In this document: positions 18,262 to 28,534 of the stretch, piece after piece
How the letters are laid out: the number at the start of each line of letters is the position of its first letter
How positions within the stretch are numbered: position 1 is the first letter of the stretch
Assembly (NCBI GenBank): GCA_965214775.1
Contig: OZ243974.1
Coordinates: 1,728,001 to 1,792,000 of the forward strand
Length of the DNA: 64,000 nucleotides
DNA from: Nitrosopumilus sp.
GTDB taxonomy: Archaea; Thermoproteota; Nitrososphaeria; Nitrososphaerales; Nitrosopumilaceae
Direction of reading: 5' to 3'
Position numbers and translations under genes: made by a program
Notes under the pieces: generated by a model
What the model was told of the DNA's origin: nothing
Databases searched by the model: none
The model's input: only the letters and a program-made list of their open reading frames with translations

Positions 18262-19748
18262 TAGACTTTATGCGTAATCGACCGTGATTAAAAATTCCGT
18301 AGGCTTTTCCAAACGCAAATGCGCTGATCGGATCAAATTACCGCATGCATCTCGTGTCATGACGCACGTAAAAGTCAGTTGCGCCAAAAGAACGTGCGCA
18401 ACCATGCAGCACGGCAATGTGCCCCGCTGACAAGTCAGAAAGAATGGCGGTCCGTACCGCCGTATGTCATGTGTCTGGCAGCAGATGCAGTTGCTGCAGC
18501 AGCTGGCCGTAGTGTTTTTTCCTTTTCAGCATAGTCTTGAGGTTCTCAAGACCCGTGATTATCTGCATGAAATAGTTTAGATCCTTGGCAGTTCCGCCAA
18601 ACGGCATGGTAAGAATGCCATATCTTTTGAGCCGTCCTATGTGGTGCTCCACTCTGACGCGGACCCTGCTTATCTGCTCGCGGCGCCTCTTTTGCGTTGC
18701 AGTAAGATCCCCGTCCCTGGGCTTCTTTGGGGGCTGCCTGTGTATGGCGCCCGGAAGCATCTTTTGAATGCCCTCAAATCCCAGGTCGCTGTAAATCACA
18801 AACGCCTCTTCCGGATCGTCTGCGTTTTTTGCATTCCTCATTGATCCGGTGTGCCTTCCAAAGTCCGGGCCGCCCCCTGCGTTCATCACGCCCTTGTCGT
18901 TGACGCTTCCGTCCACAGTCTTGCCGCAGTGCAGTATGAGGCCGTCCAGGTTCGAGGTAATTATCGTGTTGAACATGTGCCGCTTTTTTCTTCCCGAATA
19001 TCTGGTCTTTCTTGCGGTCCTGTCCCCGGGCCTGTCTACCGGAGTCAGGGTGCCGTCAATCAGGAGCGTCTTTTTTGGGATCAGCACCTCCTCCAGCTTG
19101 CCTGCCGGGGTCTTGCAGATGATGCTTGTTAGCTTTTCGGAGGCAGGCAGGAGCCGGCGCAGTAACACGGCACCGTACCGGAGGTACCTGGACATTGTGG
19201 ACTGGTCGACGTCAAATGTCGCGGCCAGATGATGCTGCGTTGCCTTGGTCCTTATGCTCATGAGTACTGCAAGCAGCGCGTGCCTGATGTACAGTTTGCA
19301 CCGGTTTCCGGCATCGCCGCCTCTTACGTCGTCCTCCCAGAACAGGGGTCTGTCCTCGTCGTCCATGACTTCTTCCGTAAAGCGCTCCAGTATGATCTCA
19401 AATGACTCCTTTGTGCATCCCGTGACGTTGCGAAGGCGCACCGGATCGCCGATTATGCCGTCTGCAACCTCGATTGCGTGCATCCGCAGAGGCGTCCCGC
19501 CGCGCACGACTCTTTTTGTCTTGTTTTCTTCGGACTGCCACAACGAGTCCTCAAACGCAAGCCTGCTCTTCAGATGCTCGTTTTGCTCTACCAAACTCTT
19601 GTTTTGCTCTTGCAGTGTTTGGACAAACTCGACATCTGAACCCATACCGTTAGAGAGCCATTACTGATCTTTATGGTTGTAGGTATGCAAACCATGATCT
19701 GTTGTGTTGTATTTTTAGATCAGATTTTCCAATTACGCATAAAGTCTA
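18262..19748 (-). mobile_element. IS5-family insertion sequence
   Basis: TIRs TAGACTTTATGCGTAAT / ATTACGCATAAAGTCTA, flanked by TA. Confidence 0.85.
18467..19645 (-). CDS. IS5-family transposase (HTH_Tnp_4 + DDE_Tnp_4)
   Basis: FDVDQSTMSR, LIDGT, YSGRKK, YSDLGF, RVRVEHHIGRLK. Confidence 0.88.
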   Translation of the reverse strand: MGSDVEFVQTLQEQNKSLVEQNEHLKSRLAFEDSLWQSEENKTKRVVRGGTPLRMHAIEVADGIIGDPVRLRNVTGCTKESFEIILERFTEEVMDDEDRPLFWEDDVRGGDAGNRCKLYIRHALLAVLMSIRTKATQHHLAATFDVDQSTMSRYLRYGAVLLRRLLPASEKLTSIICKTPAGKLEEVLIPKKTLLIDGTLTPVDRPGDRTARKTRYSGRKKRHMFNTIITSNLDGLILHCGKTVDGSVNDKGVMNAGGGPDFGRHTGSMRNAKNADDPEEAFVIYSDLGFEGIQKMLPGAIHRQPPKKPRDGDLTATQKRRREQISRVRVRVEHHIGRLKRYGILTMPFGGTAKDLNYFMQIITGLENLKTMLKRKKHYGQLLQQLHLLPDT

Positions 19749-20448
19749 ATGTTCCCTTTAGTGACTTTTTGGGACTGTTGCTGTCCCATATTGACAGGGT
19801 GTTTGCAATTCTGTATATGTCAATTTTTCCATAAGGAACCCCCGTAAACAGTGCATCTCTCATCAGATAATCAAGCCTGTCGGCATCCAGCTGGCTACTG
19901 ATAAGCTGTGATACGAACAGCAACTCTTCTGACACCTTGTGACTCAATATGTCGCATACCATCTGTGGGGCTATCTTGTTTCGTTTTAGTATGCCTCCAA
20001 TCATCCCGCTGCGAATTATGTCCTGCGCAAGATCCTCGTGGTTGAATCTTCCGTTTTGAAGGAATTTTTCTGACGCATGTGAGAATGGCCCGTGTCCTAT
20101 ATCGTGTAACAAGGCAGCTACTGCACCTACAGGTCTAAGCCTTTCGCTCTTACGCTTGGTTATCTTTGAGTTCTTCACCACAGAATCAAACAGCACAAGA
20201 AATGTGTGCATTACACCTATGCTGTGTGCAAACCTAGAATGTGTCGCATTCGGATAGACAGCAGATACAAGGCCAAGCTGATTCAGTCGCCTCAGCCTCT
20301 GGAAAAACGGCGTATCGATCAGCTGCCGTATCACAGGATATTCTGAAATATCTATAAAATTATGAACCGGATCCATTATGCGTACAATCTTTTCGCCTTT
20401 TTCCCTGCATGGAACTTTTTTCAATTCGTAATGCTTTGTGCTGCCCAC
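19747..20448 (-). pseudogene. HD-domain phosphohydrolase (SAMHD1/dNTPase-like), 3'-truncated by IS5
   Basis: DPVH, FQRLRRLNQLG, HSRFAHSIG, LLHDIGHGPFSH, DADRLDYLMRD; the ORF ends inside the TIR. Confidence 0.85.
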
Positions 20449-20601
20449 TCGGTTAGTGTGATAGTGGCGGTTAAAAGTTGATCCTAATGTAGTTGTTTAC
20501 TCCAGAATGTACCAATAACACAACTTCATCGGGTACAATGACGCGTGGAATTGAAAAAATGAGGTAGGAATACTGTAAGCGTTCCAATCGCTTTCTACCG
20601 T

Positions 20602-20838
20602 TTGCGTGATCGGGGATCCGAACCCACTGCGGGCTCCGACACCTTAAGGGTCAGGTACCTGCCGACGGCCACCCCGAGGCTCAGCGGCATAGAGGAGTAC
20701 TGGCACCAGGCAAAGCGCGACGTGATGGTCTCCGAGTATTATGCCACCATTGAGATGAATAAGACGCTGTCCGAGTACCTGAGGACTGTCGGATTCGCGC
20801 ATGATGTTATGGAGTATATCGGGGCAAACCCGAACTGA
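20602..20838 (+). pseudogene. IS630-family transposase C-terminal fragment
   Basis: YLPTATPRLSGIEEYW resembles LPPYSPELNPIE. Confidence 0.65.
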
Positions 20839-20849
20839 TCAAAGACTTG

Positions 20850-21270
20850 TGCTCGTCACCATAGTACTCCACGTATGCAGCCAAGCTCTCATAGTGGTGG
20901 ATTTCCTTCTCTATGCTGCCGTGCAACCGTTCCAGCTTGCCGTTGGTCTCCGGGTGGTACGGTTCTGAGTTTATCAGCCCGATGCCGCAGTCCAGCAGCT
21001 CGGCCTCAAATGCAGTCGGCCTCCACGTCCCCTTGGGTATGTTCTTCTTGCTGCGGCCGCCGTTGAAGCACCTGCCGTTGTCAGACAGTATGGCAGCCTG
21101 CATGCCAAATCTGTCTATGGCCTCCCTGAGGGTTGTAACCGGGGTTGTCGCCTAATTGACCTGCTTGGCTCAATCTACACGTTTTCCTGAACCTGCACTC
21201 CTCCAGCACTCCTAGGTTCGGATGACATCGTATGGTTTTCAGAAATTCTGATGAATTAGGCGACAATCCC
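20850..21270 (-). pseudogene. IS481-family transposase remnant
   Basis: ILSDNG, PYHPETNGKLER; similar to 42231-42570. Confidence 0.7.
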
Positions 21271-21398
21271 CATCATATGTGATCATCCCATAGATGTTTT
21301 CAAAATGGCCGGCGGAACGCTGTAATGTCAAAAAAAACAGGATGGCACGCAATCACACGACCGCTCAGTAAATAACCCCCATCATCACACAGAATCTC

Positions 21399-23159
21399 AT
21401 GTGCTCGATTATTGGCTACTATGGAAGTGAGGATGCAGCGCCGATTTTGGTCAAGGGCCTCAAGAGAATGGAGTACAGGGGTTATGACAGTGTCGGGGTA
21501 TCCACGGAAAATGAAAACGAGATTAGGATCAAAAAAGGCACGGGCAAGGTAAACGAGGTAAATTCCAAGGTCCGTCTGGATTCTCTTCCCGGAAAAATCG
21601 GAATCGGCCATACAAGGTGGGCCACCCATGGAAAAGTAACGGATCTTAATGCCCATCCACATCCAAGCAATTCAGGCAAGATAGCAGTCGTACACAATGG
21701 AATTGTTGAAAACTTTGAAGAATTGAAAAGCCAGCTAGAAGACGAAGGATACGCCTTCAAAAGTGAGACGGACAGCGAGGTAATCGCAAATCTTTTGCAA
21801 AAAAATTATGAAATCACAAAAGACGTCAAAGAAACCATTCTAAAAACGGTATCCAAACTGCAAGGACATTATGCCTTTGTCGCAATGTTTGAAAACGGGC
21901 AGTTAGCGGCAGCTAGATTTCATGAACCGCTGATTATCGGGGTCAGACAGGATGACTTTTTTTTGTCAAGTGACGTGCTAGGATTCATCGAGTATACCGA
22001 CGATGCAATTTACATGGAAAACGAAAATTTTGTAATTCTAGAGAAAGGCAAGCTGCAAATTCTAGATTTTGACGGGGAGCGTGCAAAATATGAAATCAAC
22101 AAGGTTTCAAAAGAATTCGGTGATGCATACAAAGGTGATTATGCCCACTTTACATTGAAGGAAATCTACGAGCAGCCTGAAACGATTCTCAAGGCAGGGG
22201 AGAGAACTTTGGATGAAATTAAAAGTACGGCAGATTACATCGCACATGCCAAAAACATCTACATAACGGGCAGCGGCACAAGTTACAATTCAGCCCTGAT
22301 AGCAAAGCAAATCCTTTCAAGATATGCAAAGGTAAAGGCAGAGCCCATCATATCAAGCGAGCTCCAGTTCTCACCGGACACCATCGAAGAGAATTCAATT
22401 TTGGTGGCCATCTCCCAGAGCGGAGAAAGTGCGGACGTTCTTGATGCAGTAAAAATTGCAAAAAAGGCAAAGTGCAAAATTATTGCCATTGTCAATCTGC
22501 TCACATCGTCACTGGCACGAGAGGCAGACCTCACAATAGGAATGAATTGCGGGCCTGAAATCGGCGTTGCCGCAACAAAGAGCTTTACCTCACAGCTAGT
22601 GATCCTCTATAAGATTGCCCGGTATCTAAACGAGGAAAGCTTGAAAAACGACTTTAAAAAGACATCACAGTCAATAGGCAGGATTTTAGAGGATCCCACA
22701 GGTGTCCAGAAAACCGCAAAGGCACTAAGGGACATTTCAGACATTTACGTTCTTGGAAGGGGGATCCATTATCCAATCGCAATCGAGGCGTCGCTGAAGC
22801 TCAAGGAACTGGCATACATCCATGCCGAAGGAATTCCCGGGGGCGAACTGAAACACGGGACACTGGCACTGATAGACGAGAATGTCTTTGTAATAATCAT
22901 CAATCCGGACGATTCGACATTTACAGACACCCTGACAAGTGCAAGGGAAATCAAAGCCAGAGGGGCCAAAATCATCGGAATTTCAGACGTCCATAGCGAT
23001 GTTTATGATTATTGGATTGAAATTCCAAAGATTTCCGAGTCAGAATTTCCGATTTTAGAAATCGTTCCGATTCAACTGTTGTCGTACTATGCTGCACTGG
23101 AAAAGGATGCAGACCCCGATTACCCAAGAAATTTGGCAAAATCAGTTACAGTAAAGTAG
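21399..23159 (+). CDS. glmS: Glutamine--fructose-6-phosphate aminotransferase
   Basis: MCSIIG, EYRGYDS, GHTRWATHG, PRNLAKSVTV. Confidence 0.97.
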   Translation: MCSIIGYYGSEDAAPILVKGLKRMEYRGYDSVGVSTENENEIRIKKGTGKVNEVNSKVRLDSLPGKIGIGHTRWATHGKVTDLNAHPHPSNSGKIAVVHNGIVENFEELKSQLEDEGYAFKSETDSEVIANLLQKNYEITKDVKETILKTVSKLQGHYAFVAMFENGQLAAARFHEPLIIGVRQDDFFLSSDVLGFIEYTDDAIYMENENFVILEKGKLQILDFDGERAKYEINKVSKEFGDAYKGDYAHFTLKEIYEQPETILKAGERTLDEIKSTADYIAHAKNIYITGSGTSYNSALIAKQILSRYAKVKAEPIISSELQFSPDTIEENSILVAISQSGESADVLDAVKIAKKAKCKIIAIVNLLTSSLAREADLTIGMNCGPEIGVAATKSFTSQLVILYKIARYLNEESLKNDFKKTSQSIGRILEDPTGVQKTAKALRDISDIYVLGRGIHYPIAIEASLKLKELAYIHAEGIPGGELKHGTLALIDENVFVIIINPDDSTFTDTLTSAREIKARGAKIIGISDVHSDVYDYWIEIPKISESEFPILEIVPIQLLSYYAALEKDADPDYPRNLAKSVTVK

Positions 23160-24210
23160 ACAGCCTAGCATATTCTTTTTCTGCATTTTCCAGGTACTTT
23201 GCCTTGTCTAGCCCGGACTTTATCATTGAAGAGACGATACAGCCGCCTGCACCAACCCCGTCTTTTGCAAATCCCTCAGAAAACGCCTTCAATCCGGAGA
23301 ATTTTGATCTTTCCAGCTCAGGATCCACTGAAAATGCCGGGATGTCAGAGACTTTTTGAATCAGCTGGCCAAAGTTTGCAGAATCATCGTTTGCAACGTA
23401 TATAGTCGTCCCTATGGCCGTATTCTCGTCCTGAAAGCCGATTTTCTCGGCAAATGCCAAGACTGCTGCCATCTGTGTGCCGCCTGCCAGCAGAACTTTG
23501 GATACATCAGAGGCAGAGCTAAGCATTCCGGCTACAAACGGTATCATGGGATCGCCAACTTCGGCAAGAATGCCGTACGGATGATCAGACTTGATTCTTG
23601 CCAGTGCCGAGGAAACGACTTTATTTTTTAGTCTTACGGGATTGGCAGGAATGCTGGAACTGACCTTTGCATCAAATCCCAACGCCCTTAATACTGCCAG
23701 GGCAGTGGTTGTTCCGCCGGGAATGCATTCGCCAATCACCAGGCAGTCAGTAAGAGAAGCCAGGTTCCTTCCCACGATTCTTCCATAATCCACTGCACGG
23801 GCCACGTCCGAATCAGTCATGGACTGCTCAACGGAGATGTTTTTTCCAAACGGCAAACCGGTTTCAATAAACGGGAGTTGGGGAGCAATCTTGCTTCCGG
23901 CGTTAATTGTAATGTGGGGAATGCTTGATGACTCCAAGGCAACCTTAGTCAGCAGGCCGGGAGTGGGTTTTCCGTCAGGGGTCATCGGTATTTTGTCAAT
24001 TGTTTTACAATACCCGTAATGGAGGTATTCGGCATCTGCAGGAGGAGTGCACTGAATGAGATCCCTTTTAGCGCCTGCAATGGTGATTTCGGGAATTTCA
24101 CAGGTTTCAGTGTATGATATTACAAGTGAAAACAGAAAATTTTTGGATTTTACAGACTCTAAAAAATTGGTTGCCCTGTCTGGATTTCCGGAAATTTGAA
24201 AGGCCTCCAA
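23146..24210 (-). CDS. cobT: Nicotinate-nucleotide--DMB phosphoribosyltransferase (TIGR00303)
   Basis: IPGGTTTA, LAGGTQM, KDGVGAGG. Confidence 0.85.
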   Translation of the reverse strand: MEAFQISGNPDRATNFLESVKSKNFLFSLVISYTETCEIPEITIAGAKRDLIQCTPPADAEYLHYGYCKTIDKIPMTPDGKPTPGLLTKVALESSSIPHITINAGSKIAPQLPFIETGLPFGKNISVEQSMTDSDVARAVDYGRIVGRNLASLTDCLVIGECIPGGTTTALAVLRALGFDAKVSSSIPANPVRLKNKVVSSALARIKSDHPYGILAEVGDPMIPFVAGMLSSASDVSKVLLAGGTQMAAVLAFAEKIGFQDENTAIGTTIYVANDDSANFGQLIQKVSDIPAFSVDPELERSKFSGLKAFSEGFAKDGVGAGGCIVSSMIKSGLDKAKYLENAEKEYARLSTLL

Positions 24211-24214
24211 AGCA

Positions 24215-24826
24215 TCACCGGCCCATCATTTCAAGAAATTCCTGCTCTGATCTTCTTTGCATTATATGATTCGTCTTTTTTTCCTTGCCAATCGTCGAGG
24301 TCTCAGATGAGCCATAGTTGTGTCCAGGATACATTGTCAGGTCGTCATCCAGGAAATACAGAACGTCAAAGAGGCTGTGATAGAGCTCTCTTGCGCTTCC
24401 GCCGGGAAGATCAACACGTCCGCAGTTTCCCACAAATAACGTATCGCCGGAGAAGATCTTTGCATCGCCAACCAGGCACATGCTGTCTTTAGAATGTCCC
24501 GGGGTGTGAATGACTTTTAACTTTGAATTTCCAAATTCGATAAGATCGCCATCCCTGACAGAGATGTCGTGCTTTAACTCAGATGATTCGTGCTGTATGA
24601 TTGGTGCTCCGGTAGATTCGGCCATGGCCTCATTTCCCAGCGTATGATCATAGTGATGGTGGGTATTGACAATATACTTGACTTTCAAGCCGTTTTTCTT
24701 GATTGCCAATTCTAGTTGGGCCAGTTCCCATGACGGATCAATGATGATTGCCTCATTTGTGTCCTCGTCTTCTACAATGTAGGTGAAGTTCTGCATACCT
24801 CCGACCTGCAGCTGATGCACAATCAT
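24215..24826 (-). CDS. MBL-fold hydrolase (glyoxalase II family)
   Basis: THHHYDH, HTPGH, FSGDTLF, YPGH. Confidence 0.9.
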   Translation of the reverse strand: MIVHQLQVGGMQNFTYIVEDEDTNEAIIIDPSWELAQLELAIKKNGLKVKYIVNTHHHYDHTLGNEAMAESTGAPIIQHESSELKHDISVRDGDLIEFGNSKLKVIHTPGHSKDSMCLVGDAKIFSGDTLFVGNCGRVDLPGGSARELYHSLFDVLYFLDDDLTMYPGHNYGSSETSTIGKEKKTNHIMQRRSEQEFLEMMGR

Positions 24827-25470
24827 AGGATTCCCTCTTCGGCTTCCGGCGGAATCCCGATTTTCTCGGCAAATAACTTGCCGGTCAAATCCTTTCTTTT
24901 TGGAATCCCTTGCTTCATTTTATGAAAAGTTACCGTCAAATCGCACTTTGCAACAACGTTTGCAGTTTCTCCGGTTTGGGGATCCAGGCCGGACGGAACG
25001 TCGACTGCAAATTTGAAACAGTCTGCCTTGTTGATGTAGTTGATTGCAGAGGCATACGGTTCGCGGATTTGGCCAGAAATTCCGGTTCCCAAAATCGCAT
25101 CAATTATCACATCAGGGGCAGAGTCAAGCTTGATTTCGTCTCCAGCAAGCAGGGTGACAGAGGGCATCTTCTCAAGAATGCTCCAATTCCAGCTGCTCTC
25201 CTCGGTTTTGATCTTCTCAGCAGGACCAAGTAGCTTTACAGTCACGCTGGCGCCGTAGCCAGAAAGATGTCTGGCCATGACTAGTCCGTCCCCGCCGTTG
25301 TTTCCCATACCGGCAAGAATCAGAATTTTTTTGGATGCAACATCTCCAAACCCCTCTATTAACCGCCTTGCAGCAGCCGCTCCTGCATTTTCCATCATGA
25401 ATTTTTTCAAAAATCCCATGCCATGGCCCTTGTTTTCAATATTGTACATTTGATCCACGGTAATTTCCAT
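24823..25470 (-). CDS. nnrE: NAD(P)H-hydrate epimerase
   Basis: MENAG, GNNGGDG, DAILGTG, DVPSG. Confidence 0.9.
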   Translation of the reverse strand: MEITVDQMYNIENKGHGMGFLKKFMMENAGAAAARRLIEGFGDVASKKILILAGMGNNGGDGLVMARHLSGYGASVTVKLLGPAEKIKTEESSWNWSILEKMPSVTLLAGDEIKLDSAPDVIIDAILGTGISGQIREPYASAINYINKADCFKFAVDVPSGLDPQTGETANVVAKCDLTVTFHKMKQGIPKRKDLTGKLFAEKIGIPPEAEEGIL

Positions 25471-25628
25471 GATTAGAAAAAAACCACATCCAAGATAAGA
25501 GCTTTGGGGATCATGAGTTTCATCCAAGCCGATTTTTTGTTCAAAGCGATGAAATGGCAAGGGATTTTGCGCCTCAAGTAGGAAAATGTGGCAAACGGCT
25601 TTATCCTAGTTTAGGATCATTTGCAGTT

Positions 25629-26243
25629 ATGGCATTAAGGAACGTCAAGGCCTCGTTAGGCAAGATTGCAATATCTTTGGGCAGAGTCCAGGATGCCAGG
25701 GAATTTTTGTTAAAGAACACACGAGAAGTGGTTGTTTTATGCAGCAGATCAATTATTGCAGTTCACAGGGGAGACGTCAAAGCCGCAAAGGCAGACTTGA
25801 AGCAAGCAGAATCACTATTAAAAGAATACAGGAGAAAGGCAACGGGGGATTTGCAAAGACACCTTGCAGTTTCTGAGCAGGAATTTGTAGAGGCTGCAGC
25901 ATTAATTGCAATAGTTGAGAAAAAAGAGATTCCGACAGACAGGAAATTGGCAGTAATGCCGGACTCGTATGTTCTGGGATTACTTGATTGCGTCGGAGAA
26001 CTAAAGAGAATGGTGTTTGATAAAATCAGAATCGGGGAAACTGACGAGGCGGCAAGGGTTTTTGACATAATGGAGAGTTTGTATCTGAGTCTTTACACGT
26101 TTTCAACGTATGACAAAGTTGTAAAAGAGGCAAGAAGAAAAATCGACGTAAACAGAATCTTGGTCGATGACGTAAGATCTGCAATAACTGAAGAAAAGAG
26201 AAGATCTGATTTGATCAAGACCCTGCAAAATCTAAAGAGATGA
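25629..26243 (+). CDS. Translin-family protein
   Basis: EQEFVEA, YVLGLLDCVGELKR. Confidence 0.85.
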   Translation: MALRNVKASLGKIAISLGRVQDAREFLLKNTREVVVLCSRSIIAVHRGDVKAAKADLKQAESLLKEYRRKATGDLQRHLAVSEQEFVEAAALIAIVEKKEIPTDRKLAVMPDSYVLGLLDCVGELKRMVFDKIRIGETDEAARVFDIMESLYLSLYTFSTYDKVVKEARRKIDVNRILVDDVRSAITEEKRRSDLIKTLQNLKR

Positions 26244-26259
26244 TTTTCAAGACTGTGTA

Positions 26260-26344
26260 TGCGGGCGATGGGATTTGAACCCACGAACTCCTGAGAGACT
26301 AGCCCCTCAAGCTAGCGCCTTTGGCCAGGCTGGGCGACGCCCGC
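26260..26344 (-). tRNA. tRNA-Leu(GAG)
   Basis: Canonical cloverleaf: CTAGC-TTGAGGG-GCTAG anticodon arm, GGTTCAAATCC T arm, A73. Confidence 0.95.
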
Positions 26345-26396
26345 AACAAGATTTTCTTGCATGGTTTTTATAATCCTTGGTTAGTTCTCCGATTGT

Positions 26397-26633
26397 ATGC
26401 TAATTCCTGTCAGATGTTTTACCTGTGGAAAGATGATTGCCGATAAATTTGATGACTATCAAAACAGAATCAAGGTAGGAGAGGATCCGGCAAAAATTCT
26501 TGATTCGTCAGGAACAGAAAGGTATTGCTGCAGAAGAATGCTGCTGACAACCGTTGAAACAATTCAGCAGGTAATTCCGTTCTATGAGGCAATTCAGAGA
26601 AGAAAGCAAGAAGTCCAGTCTGAGTTAGAGTAA
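26397..26633 (+). CDS. rpoN: RNA polymerase subunit N (Rpo10)
   Basis: IPVRCFTCGK...RYCCRRM. Confidence 0.97.
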   Translation: MLIPVRCFTCGKMIADKFDDYQNRIKVGEDPAKILDSSGTERYCCRRMLLTTVETIQQVIPFYEAIQRRKQEVQSELE

Positions 26634-26634
26634 T

Positions 26635-27873
26635 TTGGCCAGGATTACTTCAATTGAAGGACGCATCATATACAACAGTCGGGGAGGCAAAACAGTCGAG
26701 GTTGATGTCACCTCAGATAACAATTTTTTGGGAAGAGTATGCGCCCCGTCAGGGGCAAGTGTCGGAAAACACGAGGCGGCAAGCTTTCTGAACGGAAAGC
26801 CAGAAGACAGCATCAGAGTCCTGAATGAAAATTCTGGGAAATTTATCGGTCTTGAATCATCAGATTTGAAACAAATCCACGACACGCTAAAAAAAGTAGA
26901 CAGGACGGAAAATTATTCAGGGGTGGGAGGGGCACTAGCTTTTGCGGTAACTATTGCCTCGATGGAATCTGCGGCAAGGGCGTCAAACCAGCAGCTGTTT
27001 GAATTGTTATCATCAGAGTCATCATTCAAATTTCCGTTTCCCTTGGGAAACATTCTGGGGGGAGGAGCACATGCAGGCCCCGGGACTCCAGACATACAGG
27101 AAATTCTGATTTGTGCGACAGGCTCAAGGGATATCGAGGATGCAATTAAAACAAATCTTAAAGTACACAAGGAATTGCAGAAAATTTTGCTAAAAGAGGA
27201 TCCCAGTTTCACCAATGGAAGAGGAGACGAGGGAGGATGGGCTCCAAAATTGAATAATCAAGAGGCTTTGGAGGCTTCTGCAAAGGCATGTGAGAATTTA
27301 GGGTATACCTTGGGAAAGGAGGTCTCGCTGGGTGTGGATTTTGCATCATCGACGCAATGGAATGAGGAAAAGCAAAAGTATGTTTACAGCAGGGCAGGAT
27401 TTGAAAATTCAGCCGGAGAACAGATTGATTTTGCCGCAGATATCATTGACAGGTTCAAATTAATTTATGCCGAAGATGCAGTCCACGAGGAGGCATTTGA
27501 TGACATGTCAGAACTAACGGCAAGGTTTCCAGATACGCTGGTAACCGGGGACGATCTTACGGTAACAAACAAGAATATTCTTGCAAGGGCTATTGAAAAG
27601 AGATCGTGCAATGCCGCAATTCTCAAGGTAAACCAGGCCGGAAGCCTTTATGACGCACTAGAGTTTGCAGATTTGGCAAGCCATAACAATATCAGGCTAA
27701 TCACGTCACACCGATCAGGCGAATCAACGGATTCACAGATTTCACACATAGGTATTGCTACAAAGTCCAAAATGCTCAAGGCAGGCGTTGTCGGGGGGGA
27801 AAGAGTGGCAAAACTCAACGAATTGTTGCGCCTATCAGAGCATGATTTAATATGCGGTATGGCAGAGATTTAA
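26635..27873 (+). CDS. eno: Enolase
   Basis: NSRG..TVEV, PSGAS, GDEGG, LKVNQ, SHRSGE. Confidence 0.95.
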   Translation: MARITSIEGRIIYNSRGGKTVEVDVTSDNNFLGRVCAPSGASVGKHEAASFLNGKPEDSIRVLNENSGKFIGLESSDLKQIHDTLKKVDRTENYSGVGGALAFAVTIASMESAARASNQQLFELLSSESSFKFPFPLGNILGGGAHAGPGTPDIQEILICATGSRDIEDAIKTNLKVHKELQKILLKEDPSFTNGRGDEGGWAPKLNNQEALEASAKACENLGYTLGKEVSLGVDFASSTQWNEEKQKYVYSRAGFENSAGEQIDFAADIIDRFKLIYAEDAVHEEAFDDMSELTARFPDTLVTGDDLTVTNKNILARAIEKRSCNAAILKVNQAGSLYDALEFADLASHNNIRLITSHRSGESTDSQISHIGIATKSKMLKAGVVGGERVAKLNELLRLSEHDLICGMAEI

Positions 27874-27880
27874 AATCGGC

Positions 27881-28504
27881 ATGAGCCAGCAAGCAGAGAC
27901 AACTGACATCAAAAAGAAGATCTTTACTACGGGAATCAGGGTAGGGACCTCAGTAAAAACCAAGTTCATGGAACCGTTCATCACAAAAGACAGGCCAGAA
28001 GGACTGTACACGCTTGACTTGGACATTACATTAGAGAAGATTCAGACCGCCGCAAAATTTATCAACAGACTAGGCCCTGACAGTCTGATTGTCTGTTCTG
28101 GAAGGCAGTATGCAGAGACGCCTATTGAAAAATTCTGCAAGGTCTTAGGCTCAAAGAAGCTGCTTGGAAGATTCATGCCGGGAACACTGACCAACCCGTC
28201 ACTGCCGTACTATATTGAACCAAAGCTGGTTTTAATTTCAGATCCCCAGATAGACGAGCAGGCAGTTACTGAGGCGACCAATGCAGGAATCCCGATAATA
28301 GGAATTGCAAATACGGACAATATTACATCCAAGCTGGATGTCGTCATCCCGGCAAACAACAGAGGCAGAAAGGCTCTTGCGACAGTCTACTGGCTGCTGG
28401 TGCGTCAAATTCTCATTGAAATGGGGGAATTAAAAGAGGACGAGCCGATGGAATATGAGATTGATGATTTTGAAACAAAGATTACCGAAGAGGAAATCGA
28501 ATAG
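27881..28504 (+). CDS. rps2: 30S ribosomal protein S2
   Basis: GRFMPGTLTN, IPANN. Confidence 0.95.
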   Translation: MSQQAETTDIKKKIFTTGIRVGTSVKTKFMEPFITKDRPEGLYTLDLDITLEKIQTAAKFINRLGPDSLIVCSGRQYAETPIEKFCKVLGSKKLLGRFMPGTLTNPSLPYYIEPKLVLISDPQIDEQAVTEATNAGIPIIGIANTDNITSKLDVVIPANNRGRKALATVYWLLVRQILIEMGELKEDEPMEYEIDDFETKITEEEIE

Positions 28505-28534
28505 CTGGTCAGTTTTCATTCCAGAGCATCATAC

